Source: the human T2T-CHM13v2.0 reference genome, Homo sapiens. From it: a stretch of 64,000 bases of DNA. Where the stretch lies: NCBI RefSeq assembly GCF_009914755.1, contig NC_060934.1; one strand, given 5' to 3'. Below are positions 25,240-42,216 of the stretch, piece by piece (the first letter of the stretch is position 1; each line of letters opens with the position of its first letter). A program made the translations under genes and the position numbers. Below the pieces are notes generated by a model. It was not told where the DNA came from, ran no database searches, and saw nothing but the letters and a program-made list of their open reading frames with translations.

Positions 25240-25680
25240 CTGCCCTAGGTGCGTCTCCTGCGTGCAGCGTTGCTGCAAGGCCTGGCAGCTTCTAGGAGCC
25301 TACACCTCTGTCATCGCCTTCGGGGAGGGATAGGGCTAGGAGCTCTGTGCGGAACCGCGTCCAGCCGCCGACTCACTGACACATCACAATGAGTCACGTG
25401 CTCTGTGCACCGGGCGGATTTGTCAGATCCGCTGCTGCATCACGGCTCGGCAGGGCTCTCTGGGTTCTCAGTGCCCTCCTAGGTCTGCAATGCAGTGCGG
25501 GAGAGGAGGAATATGGGCTTGTGGGGGCAGGGGCAGCGCCCGGACTCCTCCCGGGGCAGGACTCCCAGAAACGCAGGAAGCGATGACGCTGCTCAGATAA
25601 ACCCTGGCGCTCTGCGCTGGCGTCCTGGTCAGGAGCTCCTCTGCCACGGACGCGCCTGCCGTTTCTGCCTTCGTTATCTA
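25240..25680. promoter_or_regulatory. Candidate enhancer/alternative promoter (CpG-enriched, AP-1/E-box composite)
   Basis: Non-repeat CpG cluster; TGAGTCACGTG at 25390-25400; GATA motifs at ~25595 and ~25674. Confidence 0.7.
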
Positions 25681-25869
25681 TTTACTGACCTCTCATCTCC
25701 CCAGAAGATGTTCTCAGTTCTCAGCAGTCAGTGCTTCTCCTCCAGCTTCACTGACCTTTCTATGGGGGTAATAAACTAAAGAAAGAAGTCGATGTTTGAG
25801 TAGATAAAATGTGTTATGCCAGTGCCCTGGGAATCCGATACAGCTGGCCCAGGAGGGGCCTGGGGTTCT

Positions 25870-26148
25870 GCTTTGTTTTGTCTTCAGATAGTGTCTAGCT
25901 CTCTTGTCAGGCTGGAGTGCAGTGGCGAGCCTAGCTCACTGCAGCCTCTACCTCCCCGGCTCTAGTGATCTTCCTGCCTCAGCCTCCCGATTAGCTGCAA
26001 CTACAGGTGCCTGCCACTGCGCCCGGAAATATTTCTTACAGGGGTCTTGCTGTGTTGCCCAGGCTGGTCTCAAACTCTTGGACTCCGGGGATCCTCCCAC
26101 ATCGGCCTACAGAGTAGCTGGGATTACAGATGTGCCACCGTGCCCAGC
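25870..26148 (-). mobile_element. Alu (diverged AluJ-like)
   Basis: Reverse dimer. Confidence 0.88.
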
Positions 26149-26970
26149 TATGTCTATTCTTGAAGGCTGTCCATGTCATTTCCATGGGCAGCCAGGTTTC
26201 CCTGTCACCAGACTAGATGATTTCCAAGAGCCCTTCCCACTCTAAAATTCTATGAACAATGATATTTTTTTCCCAACCTAGTCCCTTTGAGCCAAGAAAG
26301 GAACTCATTTATTGTATTAATTTAGACAAACCTACAAAGGTAGAAAGATTCTTATAATTTTATTTCCTTAAAAATGAAATGTTTATATGCTTGTTTTTAA
26401 AGCAGGGTCACCTGGGAAAGTACAGAGCTGTTTACACTTAAATTCCCATTTGTAAGGGGGATATTCTATCCCTCAACTTCCAAAGTGAACAAAGTCCTAA
26501 TTCGGAGCCCATTGCTCTGCGGCCTCTCATGCCCTGGTAGGGCCAGGACCCCAGGGAATAGGATCTGGCCGCTGGGTCAGCAATGTTTGAAGGCTCCCAT
26601 TTTATTTGCAGCCACAGCCAGCCAAGTTCACTGTGAGCAGCACTTCCTGCCTTGTTTGTGAGCTGCAGGCTGCATCAGGAAATAAAGTTTGTAAAATTAC
26701 ATTCTCTGGCTAAGCCTAGCCCTTTGTTGAAATAGCCACATTATCTATGACGACAGTGACAAGGCCAAAGGTGAGAAAATCTACATGAATTATTCTCTCA
26801 AAAGGATTCAGATAAGGGCAGAAAAGACCAGATGTTTCCTTTCTAAGTGACAAAGGGCTTGAGAATAAAAGGTAGGAAGAACAACTTGAAAGATTCACTT
26901 GGGCTTCTTTCTCACTACCTAAGAATATTACTAAGTTCCCTAAAAGCATTGCACCCCTGGATTCTAGTCT

Positions 26971-27130
26971 GTTTTATTTTTTTGAGATAGGGTCTTGCTC
27001 TGTCTCCTAGGCTGGAGTGCAGTGGCATGATCACAGCACACTGCTGCCTCGAACTCCTAGGTTCAAGTGATCCTCTCACCTTGGCCTCCCAAAATTCTGG
27101 GGGTACAAGCATGAGTCACCGTGCCTGGCC
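26971..27130 (-). mobile_element. Alu monomer
   Basis: Reverse single arm; TSD-like CCCTGGATTCTAG. Confidence 0.85.
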
Positions 27131-27178
27131 ATCCCTGGATTCTAGATCTGGGCCTGGCACATAATAGATATTCAGTAA

Positions 27179-27509
<331 letters not shown>

Positions 27510-28029
27510 TAATTCAAGAAAAACTACTAAATTATAAGCTCCTGAAGGCAGAGATTGGGTCCTTATAGGACCTGGCAAAATTATCAGCAAAGGTTTCTTG
27601 AAATGAATTTGCCAAGAGCTCTTCTAGACAGGGGGAAAGTGAGGAGACATAAAAGCTAATAATAAAGATTGGAAAAGGACATATGTATGTATTGGACAAA
27701 TCTAGCATTTCTTGAAAATTCATGTATTGATTCACTGATGACATATAAGCAAAGTTAAAGTCATCTTCAACCGTAAATGTTAATACTTATTCAGTAAGAG
27801 AAACAGCATGACTCAAGTCAATGGATTTAGGGACATTAATTTGGCAGTTTTAGGGCAAAATTCTAAGTGGTTGATGATAGTGAAAAATTGAATTGCCTTA
27901 AATGCCTAACAGTAGGGAACTTGTTAAATAAACTTGATGCTTTCATGCAATTATGTTTTCAGATAAAATCATGTTTTCAAAAACTATATATGGACATGGA
28001 GAAATTTAAATGTGTTAAGTCAAAAAGAT

Positions 28030-28870
28030 ATGGTGGCAGAAACTGTTGACTTCCTACCCACACCACTTCCCTTCTCCTTCCTAACACCTCTTAATTTTGG
28101 TGGGCTTTCTATTCTCTGCACAGCAGTGTGCTTCAGGGGAGGCAGTCACCAGCCCTGCCCTGGGGAGTGAATCATCAGTGAGTGGTGAATGTGAATTCCC
28201 CTGGCTAGTGATCTTCTGAGTCCGGGGAGTATAATTCATTCCAGGCCAGTGAGGTGGATGAGAGTGGAGAGGCTTCTGGAAAAGCTTTCCTCTATCTTTA
28301 AAAGCAGGAAACAAAGTCATGCTTCCATTAAATGTTAGGAAAAGCTTCCCTCTATCTTTAAAAGCAGGAAACAAAGTCATGCTTCCATTAAATGTTAGAC
28401 TCTACATGTGATAAAGCCACCATGCAGCCAGGCCTGAGGCTGAGCTGACAGGCCTGGGAATGTGGAAAAATGCAAAGGCCCCAGCTGATTGATCTGCTGA
28501 TCTGTTGACTTATTAGCCTTGGAGGCTGCAGGTCAGTGACCAAGAGCCAGTTCAACAAACACCCACCCACTGCAAATCAGTTTCCACTACGGCTGATTTG
28601 CTGGATTTACTCGCTTCTTTTAACTATTTAGATATTGTTGACTGATTTTCATTTTGTCTTCATAAAAGCATTTAAGGAATATTAAAATTGTCTCAATTCT
28701 AGTTCCTTGTTGAGTAACTGAAGACTGACTTTTGATGAGTTGTCCAGCTAAATAACTCATCTTATTTCCAAACTTATTATGTGAGCTAATTTTTTCTTAT
28801 AGTTTAAACCAATTGCATATTGAGTCCAGGTTTTCTCTTAATTACCACTAGAAGTATACTAATGGGATAC
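28030..28870 (+). mobile_element. Old MLT1-like MaLR LTR (interrupted)
   Basis: Start TGGTGGCAGAAACTG..., internal GGCTTCTGGAAAAGCTTTCCTC, end GTTTAAACC...CTAATGGGATACA. Confidence 0.55.
28278..28398. repeat. 60-bp tandem duplication (2 copies, 1 mismatch)
   Basis: GGAAAAGCTT(T/C)CCTCTATC...CATTAAATGTTA x2. Confidence 0.95.
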
Positions 28871-29056
28871 ATGTAGAATAAGAGAGAGAGAGAAATTGGG
28901 GGGAGGGGAGAGAGAGAAAGAATGAATTATTTCTGGGTTGTAGGATTGGGAATATAGCTGATTTATGCCTTTACTGTATATTCATCTTTGTATTTCTCTA
29001 TTTTCTAAATTTTCTGTAATGAACATATATTGCTATTATGAACAAAGTGGAAAGTT

Positions 29057-29345
29057 GTTTGTTTTGAGACAGAGTCTTGCTCTGTTGCCCAGGCTGGAGT
29101 GCTGTTGCTCAACCTGGACTCACTGCAACCTCCACCTCCCTGGTTCAAGTGATTCTCATGCCTTAGCCTCCTGAGTAGCTGGGATTACGTGCGTGCCACC
29201 ACACCCAGCTAATTTTTGTATTTTTAAGTAGAGACAGGATTTTGCCATGTTGCCCAGGCTGGTCTCAAACTCCTGGCCTCAAGGGATTCGTCCTCCTCAG
29301 CTTCCCAAAGTGCTGGGATTACAGGCGTGAGCCACGGTACCCAGC
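29057..29345 (-). mobile_element. Alu
   Basis: Reverse dimer; TSD GAAAGTTGTT. Confidence 0.93.
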
Positions 29346-29591
29346 CCTGAAAGTTGTTCTTAAAAACTGGTTTGAGGGCTATAAAAGGTATGAGTGCTAA
29401 TCTCAGAGGATTGTAGAATCATTGAGAATTGACATCTAGAGCTTAATAAAGTGGTGGCTGGGCTGGTGAGGCTACACAAACAAGGAGCAATTGAATCAAT
29501 TCTAGAAGACTGAGTATGCGTAGGATGAGTAGGAAGAGGTGAGGCTTAGGACCTCTCGATCCATTGTTTGTGTTTGGTAGGGGAGGACTGA

Positions 29592-29948
<357 letters not shown>

Positions 29949-30844
29949 TTACAAATACGTCATCTCCTTTCATCATCACAATTGTGAAAGTAGGTAGTAT
30001 TATCTTCATTTTGTAGAGGTAAGAAGTGAAGCTCAAACGTGCACAGAAGTAATAAATATTGGACCTGTGATTTTAATGTACAGCTGGCATTAAATGTCGT
30101 GTGCAACACCTCTCACAGATGAGCTTACTGGAAGTGAAAATCAGAACATCAGAGCCAAAGAAAGGATTCTGACAAAAAGCTGTTGTGATTGTAAGTGACA
30201 GGAACCCAACTCGAAGTACTTAAGCAAAAATGGGAATTTATTGCCTTAGGTAGCTAGAAAGGAATGGAGTGAAACCAGCAAAAGGCTTGACTGTGCCTCG
30301 GGTGAAGGAAGGTGTAGACTGTACAAGAGGTATTGAAGCATCTTTTTCCACCTTAGGAGACAGCTTCCCAAGGCTGGAAAGAGGGGAGTGCGGAACATGC
30401 CTCCACCATACCACTGCCCACCTCCTGTGACCTCTGCAGCAAAACCTGAAGCCCCAAAGAGGCAGCTTCTCAAAGTAAAAGTGGAATGAAGGTCAGGTTG
30501 GTCTAAAAACCCATCCAACAATTTGTGGAAAGGGTTTACATCATTTTGTTATTTGTATGTCATTGCTTTTTGCATCATATTGTTTGTCCTTACAAAACAA
30601 ATCTGGACACAGCAAGTTGTTCATTCGCAGAGAAAGAAAGCTTACTCACACTTCCTGTCATCCAGCAGCAAAGAATACTGACCACAGAGTGACCTTTAAG
30701 TGTAAGGCTTTAATGAGTATTAGGCTGAATGCCTGTTTTCCAACCTGGTGCAAAATATTTATATTTTAGAAATTGTGATTTTTAACATTACTGCAAGAAA
30801 GAGGGGCTTCTATTTCCTTTTTCCTCTATTTAGTCCCTAGATTA

Positions 30845-31060
30845 AGAATTGGCAATTTTTTTCTACAAAGGACCAAATTGTAAATATCTTTGACTTTGCA
30901 AACCATGTGATCTCTGTTGCAACTGCTCAACTGCCTTTGTCTTGCAAAAGCAGCTGTGGATGATATGTATGCAAATAAACATGGCTGTGTTCCAATAAAA
31001 CTTTATTTTCAAAAACGGGAAGTCAGCCAGATTTTGTTCGCAGGTCTTGGTTTGCCCTAG
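30845..31060. mobile_element. MER58A-like hAT-Charlie transposon
   Basis: TTGGCAATTTTTTCTACAAAGGACCAAATTGTAAATAT...CATGGCTGTGTTCCAATAAAACTTTATTT...GTTTGCC. Confidence 0.8.
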
Positions 31061-31355
31061 ATCACTGTTTTTTCCCCCCGAGTTTAAAATCATCATTTTT
31101 TTGTTGGTTTTAAACCCATGCCAGAGCAAGAGAACTTCACAATTTTCTATGGGTATACTGTGTTTTAGTTATTTGGATGATTGTCCAAAGAATCAGTCCA
31201 CAATAGGAATTATTGTTACCTGTTTTGTGTTTCCGTTGGTTCCAGAGAGGAATAATCTTATCAAGTCATGTAGGTTAAAAAATTAAAATTAGTAAAACTA
31301 TAGCAATAGAAAAATAAATTTAATGTTTTTAAACCTTGCATTTAAAAGGTAAATT

Positions 31356-31660
31356 TGGCGGGGGGCGGTGACTCACACCTGTAATCCCAGCATTTTGGGA
31401 GGCTGAGGCTGCTGGATCGCTTGAGCCCAGGAGTTCACGACCAGCCTGCACAACATGGCAATACCCCATCTCTACAAAAAAATACAAAAATTAGCTGAGC
31501 ATGGTGGCGCACACCTGTAACTACCTTGAGGGGCTGAGGTGGGAGGACCCCTTGAGCCTGGGAAGTCAAGGCTGCAGTGAGCCGAGATGGTGCCACTGTA
31601 CTCCAGCCTGGGTGGTAGGGTGAGACCTTGTCTCAAAAATAAATAAATAAATAAAATAAA
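31356..31660 (+). mobile_element. Alu (AluJ-like)
   Basis: Dimer with (AAAT)n tail; TSD GGTAAATTTG. Confidence 0.93.
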
Positions 31661-32444
31661 CGGTAAATTTGATTAAGAAAAAGAAAGATGCAAAGTGAAC
31701 TGTGAGTAGATGGAGGGATCATAAATTTGGGGGACCAATAAATATTTTCCTCACTGTGGTGGGGAAATTGATAGGTGAAATAATAGAGTAGCTGTTATTT
31801 TAAGTCTGTAGGAATTTTTGCCCAATGACAAATGTGGAATTCAAAACCCGTTTATAGGTTGTGCCTGACTAGTTTTCTTTTTCTTTTCTGATTAATAACA
31901 ATGTATTATTATATGTTTAAAAAATCTGGACTTACATAGCATCTTAATAATTGCTCATATACAGCATTAAATGCACAGCTGTCTTATTTAAACTTAAAAA
32001 GAAACTCCATTTTGGTGATAGCTATTATCATCTCTTATAGCATGACCAAAAAGCATCCTCAGAAATATAAGCCTACCTCACATGTACATGGTAACCTTGG
32101 AAATTAGGGTGTGTCGGCATTATTATTCTTACTTTCAGATATAAAACAGCATGGAGACTGATTTTTCCCAGGTCATATGTCTAGTGACCTGCAGATTTTT
32201 GGACCCCAAGTCCACATTCTTATACTACACCACAGTTACCAAATTGCCTTTGTTGACATGTAGACTTTTCAATTTGCAATTGCTTTACACATTTAAAAAA
32301 ATTGTGAATAAAAGAACAAACTATTTCAGTTTTCAGTTGCAACTTACAGAACAATTAAATCATAACAAAAACATAGTATGTGTTTTGGGTGTATCACTTA
32401 AATGAGTAGAATAAAGGGATAGAAATCAATATGTATGTGGACTT

Positions 32445-32936
<492 letters not shown>

Positions 32937-33204
32937 TGAATTTTATTTGAAAAAATATTATTTTACTGAGTGATTTAGTAGGCTTGATCATTTTCCTTGC
33001 AGCTTTCATATTTTGTGACACACTGATTTAAGAATCAAGTCTATATCTGAATGTGAAAAATCTGCAATGAGGATAGCAAACAATTATATTGTTTTAATAG
33101 AAAAATTATTTGATAATTTCCATGTATTGATGATTTCAGTAGAATCTATTCTGCATTTAACCAACAATCAGTAGTTCCCAAGCTATTCCGTAGTTTTAGC
33201 TTTA

Positions 33205-33265
33205 ACACATAGTACATGCTTAATAAACATTAGCTGAATGAATGAATGAATGAATGAATGAATGA
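33205..33265 (+). repeat. L2 3' tail with (TGAA)n
   Basis: ACACATAGTACATGCTTAATAAACATTAGC(TGAA)n. Confidence 0.75.
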
Positions 33266-33399
33266 CTAAAGACTTTCAGGACCTGGAAGGGAGGATGTAA
33301 AGAACCCAGGGCCAAGTGTCATGCAAGCACTGGAGCATCTAGATCCCCTCCGGACACCAGCTTCCTTTCCCACAACCCAAATGTTCTTTTCCTTTTATG

Positions 33400-34935
<1,536 letters not shown>

Positions 34936-36029
34936 GGTATGACCTAATTAGTTTTTAACTGGGTGAGAAGATGAAGAAAAAAGAGAGCAAATGAGCATGA
35001 GAATCCAGTAACAACCAAGCAGAACTAAAGACTCAAGACTTTCTATAAGCAGCCATGGACTATCCCTTTGCCTTGGCCTGTTATGGTTATTTCTGAAGCA
35101 GTGAGATCTCAATACACTAATAAGAAAACAGAGGCACACACCAGTTATGTTTTATGTCAACTAGGTTATGACTTCAAACTGTTATTCTCTGGAGTCATAA
35201 ATAGAGCCTTTGGGTGAAACGACCTTATAAAAAGTCTTTTGGATACAATGTTAACTATTTTTTTGCATAGAATCCAGGATCACTTCCCAAATCCCTCTCC
35301 TTCACAAAGCATACTCTTTCTGAATATATATAGCAATTTATATATAATTCCAAATATATATGGCAGTTTAAGAACATACAATAAGGTCAAAGAATTCAGA
35401 AAAAAATAGAGGAAACTTAAGCATTTAGATCAGGATTATCACATGTGTGAATTGATATTACTTTATACTATTTTTCTCCAAAATCAGTGGAAACTCCCCA
35501 ATTCCAGCATTTGTTAAGAGTCCAGTATTTAATCATTCCTTAAGTGCTCCCTTCCACTGCCCTCCCTGACACCTAAGCACACCCTTGGGTTCCCATGTCC
35601 TCAAAGTGCCATCTGCCTGACTACCACACCTGAGAGAGAACAGTACTCATATCAGAACAATTTAACCTTGCTATTGTTTCTCACTGACAAATGGAGTTTT
35701 GCTGCATATTTGTCATCCTCTGGCAACAGATGGTGCTGGTCTACTTCACAGCAATTCTGCTCCATCCTGGTGCCCTCATAATCCTCCTATAGGGAACAAG
35801 CTCAGCTGTGTGTGCTCCCAGCTCAAGTTCTCTCTTCAGTGAATACAACCATGCTCAGCAATTGCTCCCAGGACATAGACACTATACCCATCAGAATAGC
35901 TGCATTTGGAGGAACTTTTATAATAGCATCAGTTTTGTGCTAGTCCAAACCAGCTCTCTTCCACAAATTCTGGGGACTGGGCTTTAGTCTTGGTTACCAG
36001 TTTGGACACCCATTTCCTCAAGATAATTT

Positions 36030-37520
36030 TTGAAATAGACTTTATTTTTTAGAGCAGTTTTAAGTTCATAGCAAAATCAAGCAGAAAGTAGAGAGTTCCC
36101 ATCTAGTGGTATACAGAATAGTTTACTGCTCCCAGAATCTTTCTATGTGCTGCCTATTCTTTCTCCCTCCCCACTATCTGCTGATCTTTTTATCTCTTTA
36201 TAGTTCTGCCTTTCCTAGAATGTTGTGAAATTGCAATTATACAGTATTTAGCTTTTTTCGACTGGCTGCCTTCACTTAACATATGCATTTAAGTTTCTTC
36301 CCTGTCTTTGTTTCTTGAAACAGGATCTTGCTCTGTCACCCAGGCTGGAGTGTAGTGGCATGCTCTTGGCTCACTGCAACCTCCACCTCCTGGGTTCAAG
36401 CAATTCTCCTTCCTCAGCCTCCTGAGTAGCTGGGACTACAGGCGTGCACCACAACGCCTGGCTAATTTTTGTATTTTTAGTAGAGATGGGGTTTCACCAT
36501 GTTGGCCAGGCTGGTCTTGAACTCCTGGCCTCAAGTGATTCACCCATCTCATCTTCCCAAAGTGCTGTGATTACAGGCATGAGCCACTGCACCCAGCTTG
36601 ATAACTCTTTTTTTTGGTGTTTGTGGACCTAAATTTTAAACTTATTTGGGTAAATTCCAAGGAGTGCAATTGCTGGAATGTATGGTAAGAGTATGTTTAG
36701 TTTTCTAAGAAACTTCCAAACTGTCTTCCAAAGCGGCTGTACCATTTTGTATTCCTACCAGCAAGGAATGAAAGTTCCTGCTGCTTCACATCCTTACCAG
36801 CATTTAGAGTTATCTGTATTCTGAGTTTTGGTCATTCTAATAAGTGTATATAATGGTATCTCACTATTGTTTTTGGCAATTGACTAACAAAATTTGATGT
36901 TAAGCATCTTTAATATGTTTATTGGCCTTCTACATATCTTTTACGGTGAGGTATCTATTTGGATCTTTTGCCTACTTTTTTAACTAAGTTGTCTATTAGT
37001 CCATTCTCACGTGCTAATAAAAACATACCCGACACTGGGTAATTTGTAAAGGAAAAAAGTTTAATTGACTCACAGTTCAGCATGGCTGGGGAGACCTCAC
37101 AATCATGGCAGAAGGCGAAGGAGGAGCAAAGGCACATATTACATGGCGGCAGGCAAAAGGCACGTCTTACGTGGCAGCAGGCAGGAGAGTGTGTGCACAG
37201 AAACTCCCCTTTATAAAACCATTAGCTCTTGTGAGATTTATTCACTATCTTGAGAGCAGCACAGGAAAGACTTACTCCCATGATTCAATTACCTCCCACT
37301 GGGTCCCTCCCACAACATGTGGGAATTATGGGAGCTACAATTCAAGATAAGATTTGGGTGGGGACACAGCCAAACCATATCAGGTTGTTTGTTTTCTTAT
37401 TGTTGAGTTCCAAGAGTTCCTTGTATACATATTTTGGATAGCAGTCCTTTATCAGATAGGTCTTTGCAATTACTTTTCTCCCAGTCTGTTGCTTGTCTTC
37501 TCTCTACAGTGTCTTTTCCA
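36030..37520 (-). mobile_element. L1MC/MD-like fragment with nested Alu (36305-36597) and THE1 LTR
   Basis: AGACTTTATTTTTTAGAGCAGTTTTAAGTTCATAGCAAAA...; CCAAACTGTCTTCCAAAGCGGCTGTACCATTTTG. Confidence 0.85.
36992..37382 (-). mobile_element. THE1 solo LTR (THE1C/D-like)
   Basis: T(C)TATTAGTCCATTCTCAC...CCAAACCATATCA; 5-bp TSD AGTTG/GGTTG. Confidence 0.92.
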
Positions 37521-37828
37521 GAGCACCTCAGGATAATTTTATTTCTGGAAACTCACATTTCTTTTATGCCACTGGGCCTTAGTTTGGACCAAAATTACTC
37601 TGTTTTAAAATTCCTTCCCCAGAGACTGCATTCTTCTTAAGCAGATTGAACCACATCCTCCCTAATAACCAATTTTGAATAGTAGGGACTCAGGTCAACT
37701 CTACTTAGTCACAGAAGGCTCTGTTATACCCAAATCTGATGACATGCTGTCTAGACACCCACATTTGCCTGAAAGGGTCACACAGATGACCCATGACAGG
37801 AAAAACATCAGACTAAAAAAACTTCTTG

Positions 37829-38131
37829 GGGCCAGGCACAGTAGCTTATGCTTCTAATCCCAGTACATTGGGAGGCTGAGGCGGGCAGATTGCTTGAGGC
37901 CAGGAGTTCCAGACCAGCTTGGCCAACATGATAAAACCCTGTCTCTACTAAAAATACAAAAATTAGCTGAGCATGCTGGCGTGCACCTGTAGTCTCAGCT
38001 ACTGGGGAGGCTGAGATAGAAGAATTGCTTGAGGCGGAGGTTGCAGTGAGCTGAGATTCTACCACTGCACTCCAGTCTGGGCAACAGAGTGAGACTTCAT
38101 CTTAGAAAAACAAAACAAAACAAAACAAAAA
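37829..38131 (+). mobile_element. Alu
   Basis: Dimer with (CAAAA)n tail. Confidence 0.93.
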
Positions 38132-38157
38132 CCTTCTTGATTAAAATATATAGTTCT

Positions 38158-38460
38158 AAAACTATTCTGTAGGACACTGTAATGATGGATATATATAATT
38201 ATGCATTTGGCGAAACTTACAGAATGCATAACACAAGGAGTGAATCCTAAAGTCAACTATGGACTTTAATAATAATAATGTATCAATATTGGCTCATTAA
38301 TTATAACAAATGCATCATACTAATTCAAGATGCTAGTAATAGGGAAAATTATGGATGTGTATGTGTGTGTAGTGGGTATATGGGAACGCTCTTTACTCTG
38401 TGACCAATTTTTCTGTTAATCTATAACTGTTCTAAAAAAATTCTATTAATTAAAATAAAT
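38158..38460 (+). mobile_element. L1MC1/2-like 3' end
   Basis: GAAACTATTCTGTAGGACACTGTAATGATGGATA...AACTATGGACTTT...TGTATCAATATTGGCTCATTAATT. Confidence 0.8.
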
Positions 38461-38627
38461 ACACTGCCTCAAATATATGTTTTATTTATATATCAATTTG
38501 GTTCATTTGTTTGAAGAACATTTTGCAATGGTGAAAACAACCATTAAGGTACTATCTTACATTTAATAAATGCTGATCAATTCATTAAGGTGAAAGTTTA
38601 ATTATTTGAGCAATTAAATGTGGTATC

Positions 38628-38951
38628 TTTTTTTTTTTTTTTGAGACACTTGCTTTGAGTCTTGCTTTCTTTTTTGAGACACTTGCTTTGTCTCCCAGGC
38701 TGGGGTGCAGTGGCTTAATCCCGGCATACTGCAACCTCCGCCTCCTGGGTTCAAGTGATTCTCCTGCCTCAGCCTCCTGAGTAGCTGGGATTACAGGCAT
38801 GCGCCACCACACCTGGCTAATTTTTGTATTTTTAGTAGAGACAGGGTTTCACCATGTTGGCCAGGCTGGTCTCGAACTCCTGATCTCATGATCCACCCAC
38901 CTCAACCTCCCAAAGTGCTGAGATTACAGACTTGAGCCACCGCGCCCAGCC
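38628..38951 (-). mobile_element. Alu with a small duplication at its 3' end
   Basis: Reverse dimer; TSD TAAATGTGGTATCTT. Confidence 0.94.
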
Positions 38952-39003
38952 TAAATGTGGTATCTTAAACATACACCTTTGATATTCTGCCTCCCCACCA
39001 TCC

Positions 39004-39129
39004 CCCTCCCCTACCAGTTCTTTATTAAAGCAACTCAACAAACATAGAAGGAGAAATTCTATCTGCCCTCCCCCACTAGTTCTTTATTAAAGCAACTCAA
39101 CAAACATAGAAGGAGAAATTCTATCTGCC
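39004..39129. repeat. 62-bp tandem duplication
   Basis: CCCTCCCC..AGTTCTTTATTAAAGCAACTCAACAAACATAGAAGGAGAAATTCTATCTG x2. Confidence 0.95.
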
Positions 39130-39165
39130 ACTGGAAACTAAAAGGTATTCTTATACTTCTGAGAT

Positions 39166-40389
39166 TGTGGAAGGCAAAATTCTTTTTTTTTTTTTTTAAT
39201 TTAACTTTTAAGTCCAGGGGTACATGAGCAGGTTTGTTATATAGATAAACTTTGTGTCATAGGGGTTTGTTTTACAGATTATTTCATCACCCAGGTAGTA
39301 TCCATTAGTTATTTTTCCTGATCCTCTACCTCCTCCCACTCTCCACCCTCTGATAGGCTCCAGTGTGTATTGTCACCCTCTATGTGTCCATGTGTTCTCA
39401 TTTAGTTCCTACTTATAAGTGACAACATGCAGTATTTGGTTTTATGGTCCTGCATTAGTTTGCTAAGGATGATGGCCTCCAGCTCCATCCATGTTCCTGC
39501 AAAGGATATTATCTCATTCTTTTTTATGGCTGCATAGTATTCCACGATGTATATATACCACATTTTCTTTATCCAGTCTACCATTGATGTGCATTTAGGT
39601 TGATTCCATGTCTTTGCTGTTGTGAATAGGCCTGTGGTGAACATATGCATGCATGTGTTTTATGATGGGATGGTTTATAATCCTTTGGGAATACACCCAG
39701 TAATGGGATTGCTGGGTTGAAAGGTATTTCTGTTTTTAGGTCTTTGAGGAATCGCCACACTGTCTTCCACAATGGTTGAACTAATTTACACTCTCATCAA
39801 CAGTGTACAAGCGTGGAAGGCAAAATTCTAAGCGGGTCCCAACTCCCAACCCCAGATGTACATAGCTTATTTGTGGAGGAAATGCGGGAGTGTGGAGGGA
39901 ATCTTTGACTATCACGGGATAATTGCTCCATTAATTAGACTGCATCATGTGGCACATGGTGGTGGCATAATCACTCCCTTCATTGCATCACATTTTATGA
40001 GACTCCCATGGAGCAGATTGGAAGAAAGTTAGAAGTCAGAGATTTGCTTCTGCTGACCTGGAAAAGAGCAAATGAACTGCCTTTGAAGGCCATGTGGCAA
40101 GAGACTGCAAGTGGCCTTTAAGAACTGAGGGTAGTTCCTAGCAAGAACACAGGGATCTCGGTCATACAGTCGCAAGGAAGTGAATTCTGCCAGACACCCA
40201 AATGAGCTTGGAAGAGGACCTGGAGCTCCATATGAGAACTGTAGCTACGGCCAACACTGATTGTAGCCTTGCAGGGGATCCAGCTGTACCTGGACTCCTG
40301 GACCGTGGGAACCATGAGATAACAAATGCGTGCTGATTTAAGCCATTAAGTTGTGGTACTTTGTTACACAGCAAGAGAAAATGAATACA
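39166..40389 (+). mobile_element. MLT1E/F-like MaLR LTR split near its 5' end by the L1PA
   Basis: Start TGTGGAAGGCAAAATTCTAAG; GGAAGTGAATTCTGCC...GAGCTTGGAAGAGGA; end TTTGTTACACAGCAAGAGAAAATGAATACA. Confidence 0.8.
39184..39812 (-). mobile_element. L1PA 3' fragment with a perfect 17-bp TSD
   Basis: TSD GTGGAAGGCAAAATTCT at 39167-39183 and 39813-39829; poly-T tail; ORF2 C-terminus. Confidence 0.95.
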
Positions 40390-40899
40390 GAGGGTGTAGA
40401 GTGGAAATCACATTACAGGAAAGACCATGTGCTCTTGCTCACCTTTCCTGGGGAAGCCCGTGGACTCCGTGGTCAGAAGCCTTGTTTGAGGGGGTCCTCT
40501 CACTGCCCCAAATCTCCTCAGGCAGTCAGAGGAGCAGATTCAGTGAGACTTGTCACTCTGACCCACTGCTGCCTGCCTTGATGGAGAGGAATTAGCACAA
40601 CCGGAAGAGGAGCCCTGTTCACCTGCTGTGTGTCCTCAGCCCTAGCCCCGCTGAGAAAAAGCTCAAGCCCTCTTGTTTATCAACTCTCAGACCATTTCCT
40701 TTGGGGAAATCCCAGAGCCAGAGCTCTGCAAGAACTTAAGAAACTTGTTCCAGCTAATAATACTAAATAAGCTAGACAATAATAACAAACCACAGATGGG
40801 TAGAACCGTCTGGTGAAAAGGAGGGCACCAGATTGACCACTTAGAACAAATGAACCTTTCTGAAACAGGAACCAGGAGAGAGTTTAGAAGAAATATTCT

Positions 40900-42085
<1,186 letters not shown>

Positions 42086-42216
42086 AAATAATCTACTGGT
42101 AGAGTGAATACATAGAGCTGTCTAGTCCATTAAAAAAACACAAAAGAAGAAGATATGAAAACTGGTTTAATGAAAGATAAATCAAGAGGGGAGAAATGAA
42201 ATAAACAATAGTAGGA

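Noticed and set aside
35720-36112. Additional CTCF-like strings (GCAACAGATGGTGCT; reverse CCACTAGATGGGAA)
   Set aside because: Mismatches at key positions; the second lies within an L1 relic
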